A stretch of 64,000 nt of DNA from Cyanobacteriota bacterium. GTDB taxonomy: Bacteria; Cyanobacteriota; Cyanobacteriia; PCC-6307; Cyanobiaceae. Location: assembly GCA_046052125.1 (NCBI GenBank), contig JBJOMY010000005.1:208376-272375 (forward strand). The letters are read 5' to 3'. The position numbers and the translations under genes were made by a program. Below are positions 9,231 through 19,005 of the stretch, in pieces; the first letter of the stretch is position 1; each line of letters starts with the position of its first letter. The notes beneath the pieces were generated by a model, which was not told where the DNA came from, did not search any database, and was given only the letters and a program-made list of their open reading frames with translations.

Positions 9231-10772
9231 ATGTTGGCACGATGCAGCGGAGCCGCCCTGGTGGGGCTGGAAGCCCGCGCGGTGGCGGTGGAGGTGGATA
9301 TCGCGCCAGGGCTACCGGGGCTGCAGGTGGTGGGGCTGGCGGACGCAGCGGTACAGGAATCACGGCAGCGGGTGCGCGCCGCGATTCGCAACAGCAACCT
9401 GCGCATGCCGCTGACGCGGGTGATCGTGAATCTGGCGCCGGCCGATCTGCGCAAGGAAGGTCCGGCCTTTGATCTGCCGATTGCGCTCGCCGTGCTCGCG
9501 GCCAGCGGCCAACTGGCGCCGCCCCAGCTGGAGGGAATCTGGTGCGCTGGCGAGCTAGGGCTTGGCGGCGAGCTCCGGCCGGTGCGCGGCGCCGTGGCCC
9601 TGGCTCTGGCGGCGCGGCGCCATGGAGCGCGGGCCCTGCTCCTGCCTCGAGCCAACCACGATGAAGCCGCCCTGGTGGACCAGCTGCCTCTCGCCCCGGC
9701 AGACACCCTCAGCGAGGCGCTGCAGTGGCTGCAGCACCCCGAACGAATCGCCGCATCACCGCCTGAGCGTGCGCCCATCAGCGGCTCCAGCAGCACCAAC
9801 CTCAGCGATCTGGCCAGCGTGCAGGGGCAGCTGCATGGGCGCCGCGCCCTGGAACTGGCCGCTGCTGGAGGCCATCACCTGCTGCTTGTTGGCCCACCAG
9901 GCAGCGGCAAAACCCTGCTGGCCCGCTGCCTGCCAGGGCTACTGCCCGAGCTCAGCCGCACGGAGATGCTCGAACTCACCCAGCTTTATTCCGTCGCTGG
10001 CCTGTTGCCCGCCGATGGGGGCCTGCTGCAGCAGAGGCCATTCCGCAGCCCGCACCACAGCTGCTCCAGTGCGGCACTGGTGGGCGGTGGAGCACGGCTC
10101 AGGCCAGGGGAGCTAGCGCTGGCGCACCGCGGTGTGCTGTTCCTTGATGAACTGGCGGAGTTTCGTCGGGATGTGCTGAATCAACTGCGTCAGCCCCTGG
10201 AGCAGGGAGAGCTGTGGCTGAGCCGAGCGCGGCAGCGGCTGCGCTTTCCCTGCACTGTGAACCTGGTGGCAGCCACCAATCCCTGCGCCTGCGGCTGGGC
10301 CGGTGATCCCGAACGCACCTGCAGCTGCGGCACAGCGCAACAACAGCGTTATTGGAGCCGGCTATCCGGGCCACTGCTCGATCGCATCGACCTTCAGGTG
10401 GTGATGCGGCGGCTGGAGGGCAGCACCCTGGGAGCTCGCTACCGGCAAGGGGCCGAAGCCGAGGGGAGTGCGGCCGTGCGGCAGCGGGTGAACGCGGCGC
10501 GGCAGCGGATGCTGCAACGCAATCCAGGGGCGGTGAACAACAGTCAGTTGCCGGCCAGTGCCTTGCGCAGCTGCGCAGCGATCACGCCAGCGGCCCTGGA
10601 TCTGTGGCAACAGGCGATCGACCAACGGGGCCTCAGCGCCCGGGCGGCCGAACGGGTGCTGCGTGTGGCACGCACGATCGCCGATCTGGGCGGGAGCGAT
10701 GAGGTGAGCGCCGCGGCCATTGCCGAAGCGCTCAGCTACAGAAGCTTTGACCAATGCCGCTCAGGGCTCTGA
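9231..10772 (+). CDS. comM: YifB/ComM family Mg-chelatase-like AAA ATPase
   Basis: VNLAPADLRKEG, GPPGSGKT, PFRSPHHS, LAHRGVLFLDE, SGPLLDRID. Confidence 0.92.
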   Translation: MLARCSGAALVGLEARAVAVEVDIAPGLPGLQVVGLADAAVQESRQRVRAAIRNSNLRMPLTRVIVNLAPADLRKEGPAFDLPIALAVLAASGQLAPPQLEGIWCAGELGLGGELRPVRGAVALALAARRHGARALLLPRANHDEAALVDQLPLAPADTLSEALQWLQHPERIAASPPERAPISGSSSTNLSDLASVQGQLHGRRALELAAAGGHHLLLVGPPGSGKTLLARCLPGLLPELSRTEMLELTQLYSVAGLLPADGGLLQQRPFRSPHHSCSSAALVGGGARLRPGELALAHRGVLFLDELAEFRRDVLNQLRQPLEQGELWLSRARQRLRFPCTVNLVAATNPCACGWAGDPERTCSCGTAQQQRYWSRLSGPLLDRIDLQVVMRRLEGSTLGARYRQGAEAEGSAAVRQRVNAARQRMLQRNPGAVNNSQLPASALRSCAAITPAALDLWQQAIDQRGLSARAAERVLRVARTIADLGGSDEVSAAAIAEALSYRSFDQCRSGL

Positions 10773-10788
10773 GCGGCAGCCCTGATGC

Positions 10789-10929
10789 TCAATGGCGATG
10801 GGGCTGATCCCGATAGGGCTGCACGCCCACCAGCGGAGGCTGGTGCTGACGCTCCTCGAGAGGGTTGCCGAAGGCGTTGCCAACACTGGCGCTAAACCAG
10901 CGATTCAGAACCTGCATCAGCTGCTTCAT
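10789..10929 (-). CDS. Small hypothetical protein, 46 aa (not in ORF track)
   Basis: MKQLMQVLNRWFSASVGNAFGNPLEERQHQPPLVGVQPYRDQPHRH; GAGG upstream; fills the comM-rpsU gap. Confidence 0.65.
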   Translation of the reverse strand: MKQLMQVLNRWFSASVGNAFGNPLEERQHQPPLVGVQPYRDQPHRH

Positions 10930-10971
10930 GGGAGACCTCTGCGGGAGTCCCTCCATCATCAACAGCCAAAC

Positions 10972-11009
10972 AAAAAGCGGAAACCGGTGTTTCTACCGAT
11001 TTCCGCTTT
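10972..11009 (-). terminator. Intrinsic terminator after rpsU
   Basis: Minus strand AAAGCGGAAATCGGT-loop-ACCGGTTTCCGCTTTTT. Confidence 0.8.
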
Positions 11010-11039
11010 CAGGATCACTGAGTGGTTCGGAGCTGCCGA

Positions 11040-11210
11040 TCAGCGACGGCGACGGCGCTGCTGGGCCTTGCGCTTGTACTTCTCAACCGGGGTCTCGTGG
11101 TGACGCAGGCGCTTGAGGTCGGCAAAGATCCCGGCTTTGGACACCTGGCGCTTGAAACGGCGCAGCGCCGACTCAATGCCCTCGTTTTCGCCGACGGTGA
11201 CCTGGGTCAT
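11040..11210 (-). CDS. rpsU: 30S ribosomal protein S21 (not in ORF track)
   Basis: [56 protein letters not shown]. Confidence 0.98.
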   Translation of the reverse strand: MTQVTVGENEGIESALRRFKRQVSKAGIFADLKRLRHHETPVEKYKRKAQQRRRRR

Positions 11211-11266
11211 AAACCGATCAAGAATCTGTGCAGTTTGACGATGGTAGCAAGCGCGGCGACCGCCCC

Positions 11267-11896
11267 TCAGCGTCCCGCAGGGGGTGCCGGCGGGGCTGGT
11301 GTTGCAGCGGCTTCAGTGGGCCAACTGTCGCGATAGACGTAGACGTGGCCGAGGGTTCGACCGCCGAACTGACGGCGCATCAGCTTCCAACCCGGTTCCG
11401 GCACCAGCAGCAGAAAACCGTTTCCGCTGCCGCCACTGCGGGCCACCACCATCTCCGGACCGGCGCCAGCTTTGGTGGGCAGGGCCATCAGCAGCGTGTC
11501 ACCCGCTTCCTTCAGCACGCTGAGGCGATACACCGTGCCCAGATCGCCGTTGCCGATGCGCAAGGAGTAGCCGTTGCCATCGATGAACCGGTTGCAGATC
11601 CCGGTGAAATCAAAGGTGGACAGCAGCGGATTCACGACCGCAGGCTTGCTGCCTTCCACGGCGTAGCAGGGGCGAGCCGCCGTGCGTTGCTCATAGATGT
11701 TGAGCTGGGCGCGGCTGCCATCGCCGATGGGCGCCGACACGATCACGAACTTGCTCTGATCCACCTCAACCGCCCCGAAGAGCGACTGGGCGACAGCCGG
11801 TTGAGGCCCCACCCAAGCCAGAGCACCGGCCAAAGGCAGCGCGCCCACCAGAGACAGCCGTGCGGCGAGGGTGCGGACCGAATGAATCACAGACAC
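11267..11896 (-). CDS. DUF3747 domain secreted protein
   Basis: Signal peptide; LNIYEQ...[24 protein letters not shown]...LGHVY. Confidence 0.85.
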   Translation of the reverse strand: MSVIHSVRTLAARLSLVGALPLAGALAWVGPQPAVAQSLFGAVEVDQSKFVIVSAPIGDGSRAQLNIYEQRTAARPCYAVEGSKPAVVNPLLSTFDFTGICNRFIDGNGYSLRIGNGDLGTVYRLSVLKEAGDTLLMALPTKAGAGPEMVVARSGGSGNGFLLLVPEPGWKLMRRQFGGRTLGHVYVYRDSWPTEAAATPAPPAPPAGR

Positions 11897-11946
11897 AAGC
11901 TTGCAGCCCGTGGATCGTAGAAGTGCCGGACGGGAGCGCCAGCCCC

Positions 11947-12144
11947 TCAGGCCGGCTTGTTGATCCGGATCGCCACCAGCAGGCTGAGCACCGTGCCAGG
12001 CAAGGCCAGCCCCAGGATCAGCCTGGTGGTGGACACACCCAGATCAGGATCGCCATAGGCGAGCTCAAACACAGAACCGGTAGCGGCGATCCCGAGCAGG
12101 CAGGCCAGGGCCAGGAAGACACCGGCCAAGGGTTTCATCGGCAT
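11947..12144 (-). CDS. Small two-TM hypothetical protein
   Basis: Two hydrophobic helices flanking GSVFELAYGDPDLG; follows def. Confidence 0.75.
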   Translation of the reverse strand: MPMKPLAGVFLALACLLGIAATGSVFELAYGDPDLGVSTTRLILGLALPGTVLSLLVAIRINKPA

Positions 12145-12156
12145 GGAATCAGGGCC

Positions 12157-12759
12157 TCAGGCGATCGAGTGAACGTCGGCGGGATTGAAGCCCTTCTCAC
12201 CCAGGCCCTCGCGCAGCTTGTCGTGATCGGTGACGCGATCCACAAACAGCACACCATTGAGATGGTCCATTTCGTGCTGGATGCAACGGGCCATCAGGCC
12301 ATCTGCCTTCATGCGCTTCGGCCGGCCCATCTCATCGCGGTAGCTCACCTCCACCACACTCGGGCGCACCACATCGAGATAGACGCCGGGGATGCTCAGG
12401 CAACCCTCCTCGTAGGTACAGAGGCTGCCGCCTACAGCGCTGATCTCCGGATTGATCAGGATCAACGGCGCGCTCTTGGGATCCTCGATCTCCAGATCGA
12501 TCACCAGGAGCTGCAGAGGCTGACCAATCTGGGGGGCAGCCAGGCCGATGCCGCGGGCTGCATACATACTCACGAGCATGTCGCGGGCCAGCTGACGGAC
12601 GCTGTCATCCACCTTGCCGATGCGCTTGGCAGGCGAGCGCAGCACCTGATCCCCGAGGGTGTGGATGTCGTAGGGAGGGTTATCCACCGGCTCCTTCGAC
12701 ACCTGCAACCGGCCGGCATGTTCGGCGGACCGCGCCAATCTGGCGAAGCTGCTGGCCAA
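12157..12759 (-). CDS. def: Peptide deformylase
   Basis: GIGLAAPQ, EGCLS, QHEMDHLNG; TTG start at 12759 with GAGGA upstream. Confidence 0.97.
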   Translation of the reverse strand: MASSFARLARSAEHAGRLQVSKEPVDNPPYDIHTLGDQVLRSPAKRIGKVDDSVRQLARDMLVSMYAARGIGLAAPQIGQPLQLLVIDLEIEDPKSAPLILINPEISAVGGSLCTYEEGCLSIPGVYLDVVRPSVVEVSYRDEMGRPKRMKADGLMARCIQHEMDHLNGVLFVDRVTDHDKLREGLGEKGFNPADVHSIA

Positions 12760-12811
12760 AGCTTGTCCTCGCTGGCGTTGTCGTTCAGGCGATTCTAGGA
12801 GCCATCGCTGA

Positions 12812-14737
12812 ATGGCCTCGGTGCGCACCAGCCCTGCCCCCCTCTCCGCCGAGCTGGTGTTGGGCAAGACCCCCAGCATCAAAGAACCCAAGCTTCTCGG
12901 CGGCGTTCTCTACTGGCTGGAGCAGCGCCCTCAGGAGCAGGGCCGCACCACCTTGATGGCCCGCCGCAGCCCCGATCAAGCGGCCGTGGAGCTCACGCCA
13001 GGGGCTTGGAACCTGCGTTGCCGCGTCCATGAATACGGAGGCGGTGCCTGCGCCATCGGCCGCCTGGGCAGCGGTGAGCCCGTTGCCGTGTTCGTACACG
13101 ACGCTGATCGCTGCCTCTGGCTGCTCTCCCTGAGTGGCGACAACCCACAACCCCAACGGCTCACCCCACCCGGCAGCGACGACCGCTTCCCTGGAGCCCT
13201 CGGTGGCGGCGTGATCGATCCCAGCCACAACCGCTGGATCGGTGTTGTGGAAGCCGATGGCCAGGATCAGCTAGTGGCCGTGTCGCTGCGGGGCGGTGAA
13301 CCACAGCCGCTGCACAGTCCGGCGGATTTCTGCGGCTACCCCGCCCTCAGCCCGAGCGGACGGCAGCTGGCCTGGGTGGAGTGGCAGCAGCCCTGCATGC
13401 CCTGGGACCGCAGCCAGCTCTGGCTGGCCGAGATCCAGCCCGATGGAAGCCTCGCTTCAGCTCGAGCCATCGCTGGCTCGACGCCGACGGATGCCCAGGG
13501 CTGCTCGGTGTTTCAGCCGATCTGGGCCGGAGGCGATCTGGTGGTGAGCCATGACCGCAGCGGTTTCTGGAACCTGGAGCGCTGGGCTGGAGCCGATGGA
13601 GCCTCCGCTGCAGAGCCCCAATGGCAGCCGCTGTTGCCGATGCAGGCGGACTTCGCCATGCCCCAATGGGTGTTCGGCATGAGCACCCATGCCTGGGATG
13701 GTGAGCGCCTCGTGGCGATCTGCTGCCGCGAAGGCAGCTGGAAGCTGGGCGCACTAACGCTGCCCAGCGAGCCGAGCAGCACTGCCGCGTGGCAGGCGAT
13801 CGGGACACCCTTCAGCGATCTCGCCGATCTCTGTGCGGAAGCAGGGCAGCTCGCGTGTGTGGCCAGCAGCGCCACAGAACCCTCGGGCCTGCTGGAGCTG
13901 ACCTTGAGCAGTGGCCAGTGGCGGCATCAACCCGCCGCCCCCTGTCCCGTGCCAGCCGAGGCGATCAGCCAGGCGCAGCAGCTCTGGTTCGAGGGCCACG
14001 GCGGCATGCGCACCCACGCCTGGTTTTACCCGCCGGCCGGCGGGGGCCACCCTGAGGCACCTCTGCTGGTGAAGAGCCACAGCGGCCCAACCAGCATGGC
14101 CCGCACGGGACTGAGCCTGGGCATTCAGTTCTGGACGTCCCGGGGCTGGGGCGTGGTGGATGTGAATTACGGCGGCTCCACCGGTTTCGGCCGCGCCTAC
14201 CGCGAACGGCTCGATGGCCAGTGGGGCGTGGTGGATGTGGCCGACTGCGCGGCCGCTGCCGACACCTTGGTGGCCCAGGGGCTCGCCAGCGCGGAACGCA
14301 TCGCCATCGAAGGGGGAAGCGCCGGTGGCTTCACCACCCTCGCCGCCCTGTGCTTCACCTCCACTTTCCGCGCCGGCGCCAGCCGCTACGGCGTCGCCGA
14401 TCTCAGCTCCCTGGCCGCCGACACCCATCGCTTTGAGGCTCGCTATCTCGACAGCCTCGTCGGGCCCTGGCCCGTAGCGAAGGCCACCTACGACGCGCGC
14501 TCGCCGCTGCAGCATGCCGGCCGCATCCGCTGTCCGGTGATTTTTTTTCAGGGGCTCGAGGATCTGGTGGTGCCACCGGAGCAAACCGAGCGGATGGCTG
14601 CAGCCCTTGAGGCCAACGGCGTGCCGGTGGAGGTGCACCTCTTCGCCGATGAAGGCCATGGCTTCCGCAACGGAGCCACCCAGATCCAGGTGCTGGAAGC
14701 CACGGAAGCGTTTTTCCGCCGCCACTTTCAGCTGTGA
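12812..14737 (+). CDS. S9 family (prolyl oligopeptidase/acylaminoacyl) peptidase
   Basis: HSGPT, DVNYGGSTGFGRAY, GGSAGG nucleophile, EGHGF. Confidence 0.93.
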   Translation: MASVRTSPAPLSAELVLGKTPSIKEPKLLGGVLYWLEQRPQEQGRTTLMARRSPDQAAVELTPGAWNLRCRVHEYGGGACAIGRLGSGEPVAVFVHDADRCLWLLSLSGDNPQPQRLTPPGSDDRFPGALGGGVIDPSHNRWIGVVEADGQDQLVAVSLRGGEPQPLHSPADFCGYPALSPSGRQLAWVEWQQPCMPWDRSQLWLAEIQPDGSLASARAIAGSTPTDAQGCSVFQPIWAGGDLVVSHDRSGFWNLERWAGADGASAAEPQWQPLLPMQADFAMPQWVFGMSTHAWDGERLVAICCREGSWKLGALTLPSEPSSTAAWQAIGTPFSDLADLCAEAGQLACVASSATEPSGLLELTLSSGQWRHQPAAPCPVPAEAISQAQQLWFEGHGGMRTHAWFYPPAGGGHPEAPLLVKSHSGPTSMARTGLSLGIQFWTSRGWGVVDVNYGGSTGFGRAYRERLDGQWGVVDVADCAAAADTLVAQGLASAERIAIEGGSAGGFTTLAALCFTSTFRAGASRYGVADLSSLAADTHRFEARYLDSLVGPWPVAKATYDARSPLQHAGRIRCPVIFFQGLEDLVVPPEQTERMAAALEANGVPVEVHLFADEGHGFRNGATQIQVLEATEAFFRRHFQL

Positions 14738-14764
14738 GCCGGCAACCGTTGCCAAGGGGGCGCC

Positions 14765-16162
14765 ATGACTGAACTGCTGCCGGGCAGCTGGAGCGTCGGC
14801 ACCTTCCACGAACTGGCCTGGCTGGCCCTAGCTGGATCTGTGCTCAGCCTGATCCTCGCGGCAGGCCGCCGCATTGGCCGGCGCTTGCAGCTGCGGCTCT
14901 GGGGTGTGCCCGAGGCGCTGGTGGCGGGGCTGATTGGGCTGCTGATGGCGCCCTCTGGATTGCTGCCCCTACTGCCCGATCACCTGATGGAGCTGTGGGG
15001 AGATCTGCCGCTGGTGTTGCTCACACTCGTGTTCGGTTCGTTGATGCTCGGCAAACCGTTGCCGAAGCTCGGCGGGCTCTGGCGCCCGGTGAGCGGCCAA
15101 GTGTGTTTGGCCTTGGTGCTGGCCTTCGGGCAATACGTGGTGGGCGGACTGGCCGTGCTGCTGGTGCTCCAACCCCTGCTGGGCGTGAGTCCGGTGATGG
15201 CCTGCCTGATTGAGGTGGCCTACGAGGGCGGCCATGGGTCCGCCGCTGCGATGGGGCCGAGCTACGCGGCCCTGGGATTTCCAGGTGGCCAGGATCTCGG
15301 CCTGGCGATGGCCACCGTTGGCCTGCTGAGCTCCACCCTGATCGGCGGCGTGGTGGTGGTGGTGGGCCGGCAACGGGGTTGGCTATTGGCCCAGGTCACG
15401 CCAACGAGCTCAGAGCTCGCTGCGTCCCCAGCTGCGGATGGCTCCTCCAGCCCAGCCTCGCCAGCCCCCAGGCCCCCTTGGGCCGCCTGGGCCGTGAACC
15501 TTGGCCTGGTTGGCATCGCCGTGTTGATCGGCGTGGTGCTGCTGCAACTCGTGCAACTCGGCACCGATGCGATCGGCGGGGGCGTCGCCGAAGTGGGCCA
15601 ATCCCTGCCGGTGTTCCCACTGGCGATCATCGGTTCGCTGTTGGTGCGCTGGCTGCTCGAGCGGAGCAGCAACAGCCACTGGGCTTCCGCACCGATTCAA
15701 AGCGAAATCGGCACCCTCTCGGCCGACCTGTTGATCACCTCAGCCACGGCCTGCCTCAACCTGGCCTTGCTGGCAACCGACTGGTTACCGCTCACGGTGC
15801 TGGCGCTGGCCGGGCTCACCTGGAATCTGGGTGTCACGTTGCTGTTGGCTCCGCGACTGCTGCCCGCCGATTGGTTCGAGCGGGCGGTGCTGGAGTTCGG
15901 CCAGGCCACCGGTGTGGCGGCCTCGGGCCTGCTGCTGCTGCGCATGGCCGATCCGGATGACCACAGCCAGGCCCTGCCGGCATTTTCCCTGAAACAACTG
16001 ATGCTGCAGCCGTTCCTGGCCGGCGGTGTTGTCACCGTGGTGGCCCCCCTGGCGGTGGTGGGCTGGGGCCTGCCCACCTGGACAGGCTTTTGCTTCACTC
16101 TGGTGGTGCTGGCTGGGGGCACCGGACTGCTCTTGAACCAGCTGGGCCGGCGCCCTGGTTAG
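14765..16162 (+). CDS. GltS/ESS-family sodium:glutamate symporter-like protein
   Basis: Multi-TM; EGGHGSAAA and FGQATGVAASGLLLLRMADP motifs. Confidence 0.85.
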   Translation: MTELLPGSWSVGTFHELAWLALAGSVLSLILAAGRRIGRRLQLRLWGVPEALVAGLIGLLMAPSGLLPLLPDHLMELWGDLPLVLLTLVFGSLMLGKPLPKLGGLWRPVSGQVCLALVLAFGQYVVGGLAVLLVLQPLLGVSPVMACLIEVAYEGGHGSAAAMGPSYAALGFPGGQDLGLAMATVGLLSSTLIGGVVVVVGRQRGWLLAQVTPTSSELAASPAADGSSSPASPAPRPPWAAWAVNLGLVGIAVLIGVVLLQLVQLGTDAIGGGVAEVGQSLPVFPLAIIGSLLVRWLLERSSNSHWASAPIQSEIGTLSADLLITSATACLNLALLATDWLPLTVLALAGLTWNLGVTLLLAPRLLPADWFERAVLEFGQATGVAASGLLLLRMADPDDHSQALPAFSLKQLMLQPFLAGGVVTVVAPLAVVGWGLPTWTGFCFTLVVLAGGTGLLLNQLGRRPG

Positions 16163-16818
16163 TTGCCGTAAAGCAGCGTGCGGAACTGATGGCGCACCTG
16201 GTCCATCTGCTCGGTGCTGAGCAGCGGAGGCTCCCCGATGGCCCTGGCCTGGAGGTAGATGCGAGCGAGGGTTTCCACCTCCACGGCCAAGGCCAGAGCT
16301 CGCTCGAGCGTGGGGCCGACCACCACCTGGCCGTGCTGGGCCATCAGGCAGGCCAGCCGTCCCTGCAGGGCTTCCACCACACCATCGGAGAGCTCCTGCG
16401 TGCCGAAGGTGGCGTAGGGAGCGCAGCGGATGTCGTGGCCACCGGCCACGGCAATCATGTAGTGGAAGGGTGGGATGCCGCGGCCATGGCAAGCCAGGGC
16501 GGTGGCGTGAATCGAATGGCAGTGCAGCACCGCCTGCACCTCCGGCCGGCTGGCCAGCACGTCCGCGTGCAGCCGCCACTCCGAGGAGGGCCGGCGCTGC
16601 GGGCGCCCAGGCTCAGCGCTCACCAGCGGCTTGCCCTCCAGATCCAGGGCCACCAGATCACCGGGCTGCATCAGCTCGTAGGGCAGCGAGCTGGGGGTAA
16701 TCAGCATCCCGCCGGGGATGCGAGCCGAGAGATTGCCGGATGTGCCCTGGTTGATGCCGCTGGCCTGCATGCGCCGCGCCACGGTCACCAACTGCTCGCG
16801 CAGCTCCTGTTCAGTCAT
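16159..16818 (-). CDS. Class II aldolase, FucA/Ald2-like
   Basis: GTSGNLSAR, PSSEWRLH, HCHS, HYMIAVAGG, YATFGTQEL, HG; 8-bp overlap with mtnA. Confidence 0.88.
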   Translation of the reverse strand: MTEQELREQLVTVARRMQASGINQGTSGNLSARIPGGMLITPSSLPYELMQPGDLVALDLEGKPLVSAEPGRPQRRPSSEWRLHADVLASRPEVQAVLHCHSIHATALACHGRGIPPFHYMIAVAGGHDIRCAPYATFGTQELSDGVVEALQGRLACLMAQHGQVVVGPTLERALALAVEVETLARIYLQARAIGEPPLLSTEQMDQVRHQFRTLLYGN

Positions 16819-17935
16819 TGGCGTACAGCCCCCTGAGGCCAGCTTCGCTGGCGGGCGCCACACCGCGCTCGGTGATCAAGGCTGTCACCAGCCGCGCTGG
16901 CGTCACATCGAAAGCCGGATTGAAGCCCTCACTGCCATCCGGTGTGAGCTGCACCTGGGCCAGCTCGCCTGCGGCGGCGCCAGCCTGCACACGCCCCTGG
17001 ATGTGCGTCACCTCCGCCGCGCTGCGGGCTTCGATCGGGATTTCTGCTACGCCGTCGTCGATGCTCCAGTCGATGGTGGAGGCGGGTAGAGCCACGTAGA
17101 AGGGCACGCCGTTGTCGTGGGCCGCCAGAGCCTTGAGATAGGTGCCGATCTTGTTGCACACATCGCCGCGGCGGGTAGTGCGGTCGGTGCCCACGATCAC
17201 CGCATCCACCTGGCCGTGCTGCATCAGATGACCGCCGGCGTTGTCGACGATCACCGTGTGCGGCACGCCCTCACGGCCCAACTCGTAGGCGGTGAGGGAG
17301 GCACCCTGGTTCCGCGGCCGGGTTTCATCCACCCACACATGGATGTTGAGACCGGCGCGGTGAGCCTTGTAGATCGGCGCCAGGGCCGTGCCCCAATCCA
17401 CCGTGGCGAGCCAGCCCGCATTGCAGTGGGTGAGCACATTGAAGGGCTGGCCTTGCCGCTCAGGGGGCCGTGCCGCCGCCAGCTTCTGGAAGATCGCCAG
17501 GCCGTGGTCGCCGATCGCTTCGCACATGGCCACGTCTTCATCGGCGATGGCTGCGGCCTCGCGTTTGGCCGCCTCCGCCCGATCAGCGGGAGCCAGCGGC
17601 AGCACAAGCTCATGAACGCGCTCCAGCGCCCAGCGCAGATTCACCGCCGTAGGCCGGGTGGCGTTGAGCTGCTCAAACGCTGCCGCCAGCGATGCATCAC
17701 TGGGATCGCGCTGCAACGCCAGCATCAGGCCGTAGGCACCGGTCACACCGATCAGCGGCGCACCGCGCACCACCATGCTGCGGATCGCCTCTGCCGCTTC
17801 ATCGCAGTTGCGCAGCGTGCGGGTGGTGAAGCGATGGGGCAGCACGGTCTGATCGATCACGCCCACCGCATCAGCGCCTGATCCGGCGCCCTCCTCCAGC
17901 CAGATCGTGCGCCAGGCCTTGCCATCGATCTTCAT
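16811..17935 (-). CDS. mtnA: S-methyl-5-thioribose-1-phosphate isomerase
   Basis: MVVRGAPLIG, TRPTAVNL, LTHCNAGWLA, DETRPRNQGA, NKIGTY, NPAFDVTP. Confidence 0.95.
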   Translation of the reverse strand: MKIDGKAWRTIWLEEGAGSGADAVGVIDQTVLPHRFTTRTLRNCDEAAEAIRSMVVRGAPLIGVTGAYGLMLALQRDPSDASLAAAFEQLNATRPTAVNLRWALERVHELVLPLAPADRAEAAKREAAAIADEDVAMCEAIGDHGLAIFQKLAAARPPERQGQPFNVLTHCNAGWLATVDWGTALAPIYKAHRAGLNIHVWVDETRPRNQGASLTAYELGREGVPHTVIVDNAGGHLMQHGQVDAVIVGTDRTTRRGDVCNKIGTYLKALAAHDNGVPFYVALPASTIDWSIDDGVAEIPIEARSAAEVTHIQGRVQAGAAAGELAQVQLTPDGSEGFNPAFDVTPARLVTALITERGVAPASEAGLRGLYAND

Positions 17936-17991
17936 GGGGGTGCAGCGCTGGGGCGAATCGTCCATGCTGCCCTCCGACCGCACCTGCACCG

Positions 17992-19005
17992 ATGCCCCTG
18001 CGCCGCCGCCAGCTGCTGCAGCTCGCCGCCGCCGGGGCCGCAAGCACGGGGCTCTGGCTGCTGGATCAACAGCGCTCCCCCGTGGTGGCCGCAGCGCGGG
18101 CCGACCTGCGCATCGGCCTGATCAGCGACCTCAACAGCAGCTACGGCTCCACCACCTACATCCCCCAGGTGAGCCAGGGGCTGCAGCAGCTGTTGGCCCT
18201 GCAGCCTCAGATCATGGTGTGCGCGGGCGACATGGTGGCCGGCCAGAAGCCGGGGCTCAGCAGCAGCCAGCTCGATGCGATGTGGGAGGGCTTTGCCCGC
18301 ACCGTGCTCACGCCGGTGCGCCAGGCGGGCATGCCCTTGCTGGTGGCCGTGGGCAACCACGATGGATCGCCGGGCTTCAGCGCCGACCGCGAAGCGCTGC
18401 GCCGCTTCTGGGCACCACGCCGCCAAGCGCTCGGGCTGCAGTTCGTGGATGGGGCCAACTTCCCGTTCCACTACAGCGCCTTGCAGAACGATGTGTTCTG
18501 GCTGGTGTGGGATGCCAGTTCCAGCCAGGTGCCCGCCAGCCAACTGGCCTGGGCCCGCCAACAGCTGGCCAGCCCCCGCGCACAACAAGCGAAGTTGCGC
18601 CTGGTGGTGGGCCATCTCCCCCTATTTGGGGTGAGCCAGGGCCGCGACCGTGCCGGTGAAGTGCTCGATCAGTCGGCCGCGGTGCTGGCGCTGCTCGAGG
18701 CCGGGCGCGTGCAGGGCTATATCAGCGGCCATCAGCACGCCTGGTTCCCCGCCCGGCGCGGCCAGCTCGATCTGATTCAGCTCGGCGCCATGGGCAGCGG
18801 TCCCCGACGACTGCTGCAGGGAGGCATCCCCCCCCAGCAGACCTACACCACGCTCGACATCAACTGGCGTAACGGCTCCCTACGGGAGACCACCTATGCC
18901 GTGGGTTCAGGCCAGCCGGTGGCCTGGAGCCGTCTACCCGCCTCGCTCACAGGCAGGTCAGGCGCGATCGAGCGCAACGTTCAGGAACGGTCGATCCGCC
19001 GGTAA
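17992..19005 (+). CDS. Tat-exported calcineurin-like metallophosphoesterase
   Basis: RRRQLL twin-arginine signal; SDLN, GDMV, GNHD, GH, GHQH motifs. Confidence 0.88.
   Translation: MPLRRRQLLQLAAAGAASTGLWLLDQQRSPVVAAARADLRIGLISDLNSSYGSTTYIPQVSQGLQQLLALQPQIMVCAGDMVAGQKPGLSSSQLDAMWEGFARTVLTPVRQAGMPLLVAVGNHDGSPGFSADREALRRFWAPRRQALGLQFVDGANFPFHYSALQNDVFWLVWDASSSQVPASQLAWARQQLASPRAQQAKLRLVVGHLPLFGVSQGRDRAGEVLDQSAAVLALLEAGRVQGYISGHQHAWFPARRGQLDLIQLGAMGSGPRRLLQGGIPPQQTYTTLDINWRNGSLRETTYAVGSGQPVAWSRLPASLTGRSGAIERNVQERSIRR

Noticed and set aside
9231..10772. comM as an island insertion hotspot
   Set aside because: Gene is intact and uninterrupted
10930..10970. Possible glutamine (glnA/Downstream-peptide) riboswitch before the 46-aa ORF
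   Set aside because: Region is too short and I could not find the consensus elements
14541..14548. T8 run in the S9 peptidase as a phase-variation site
   Set aside because: In frame and explained by Ile-Phe-Phe codons
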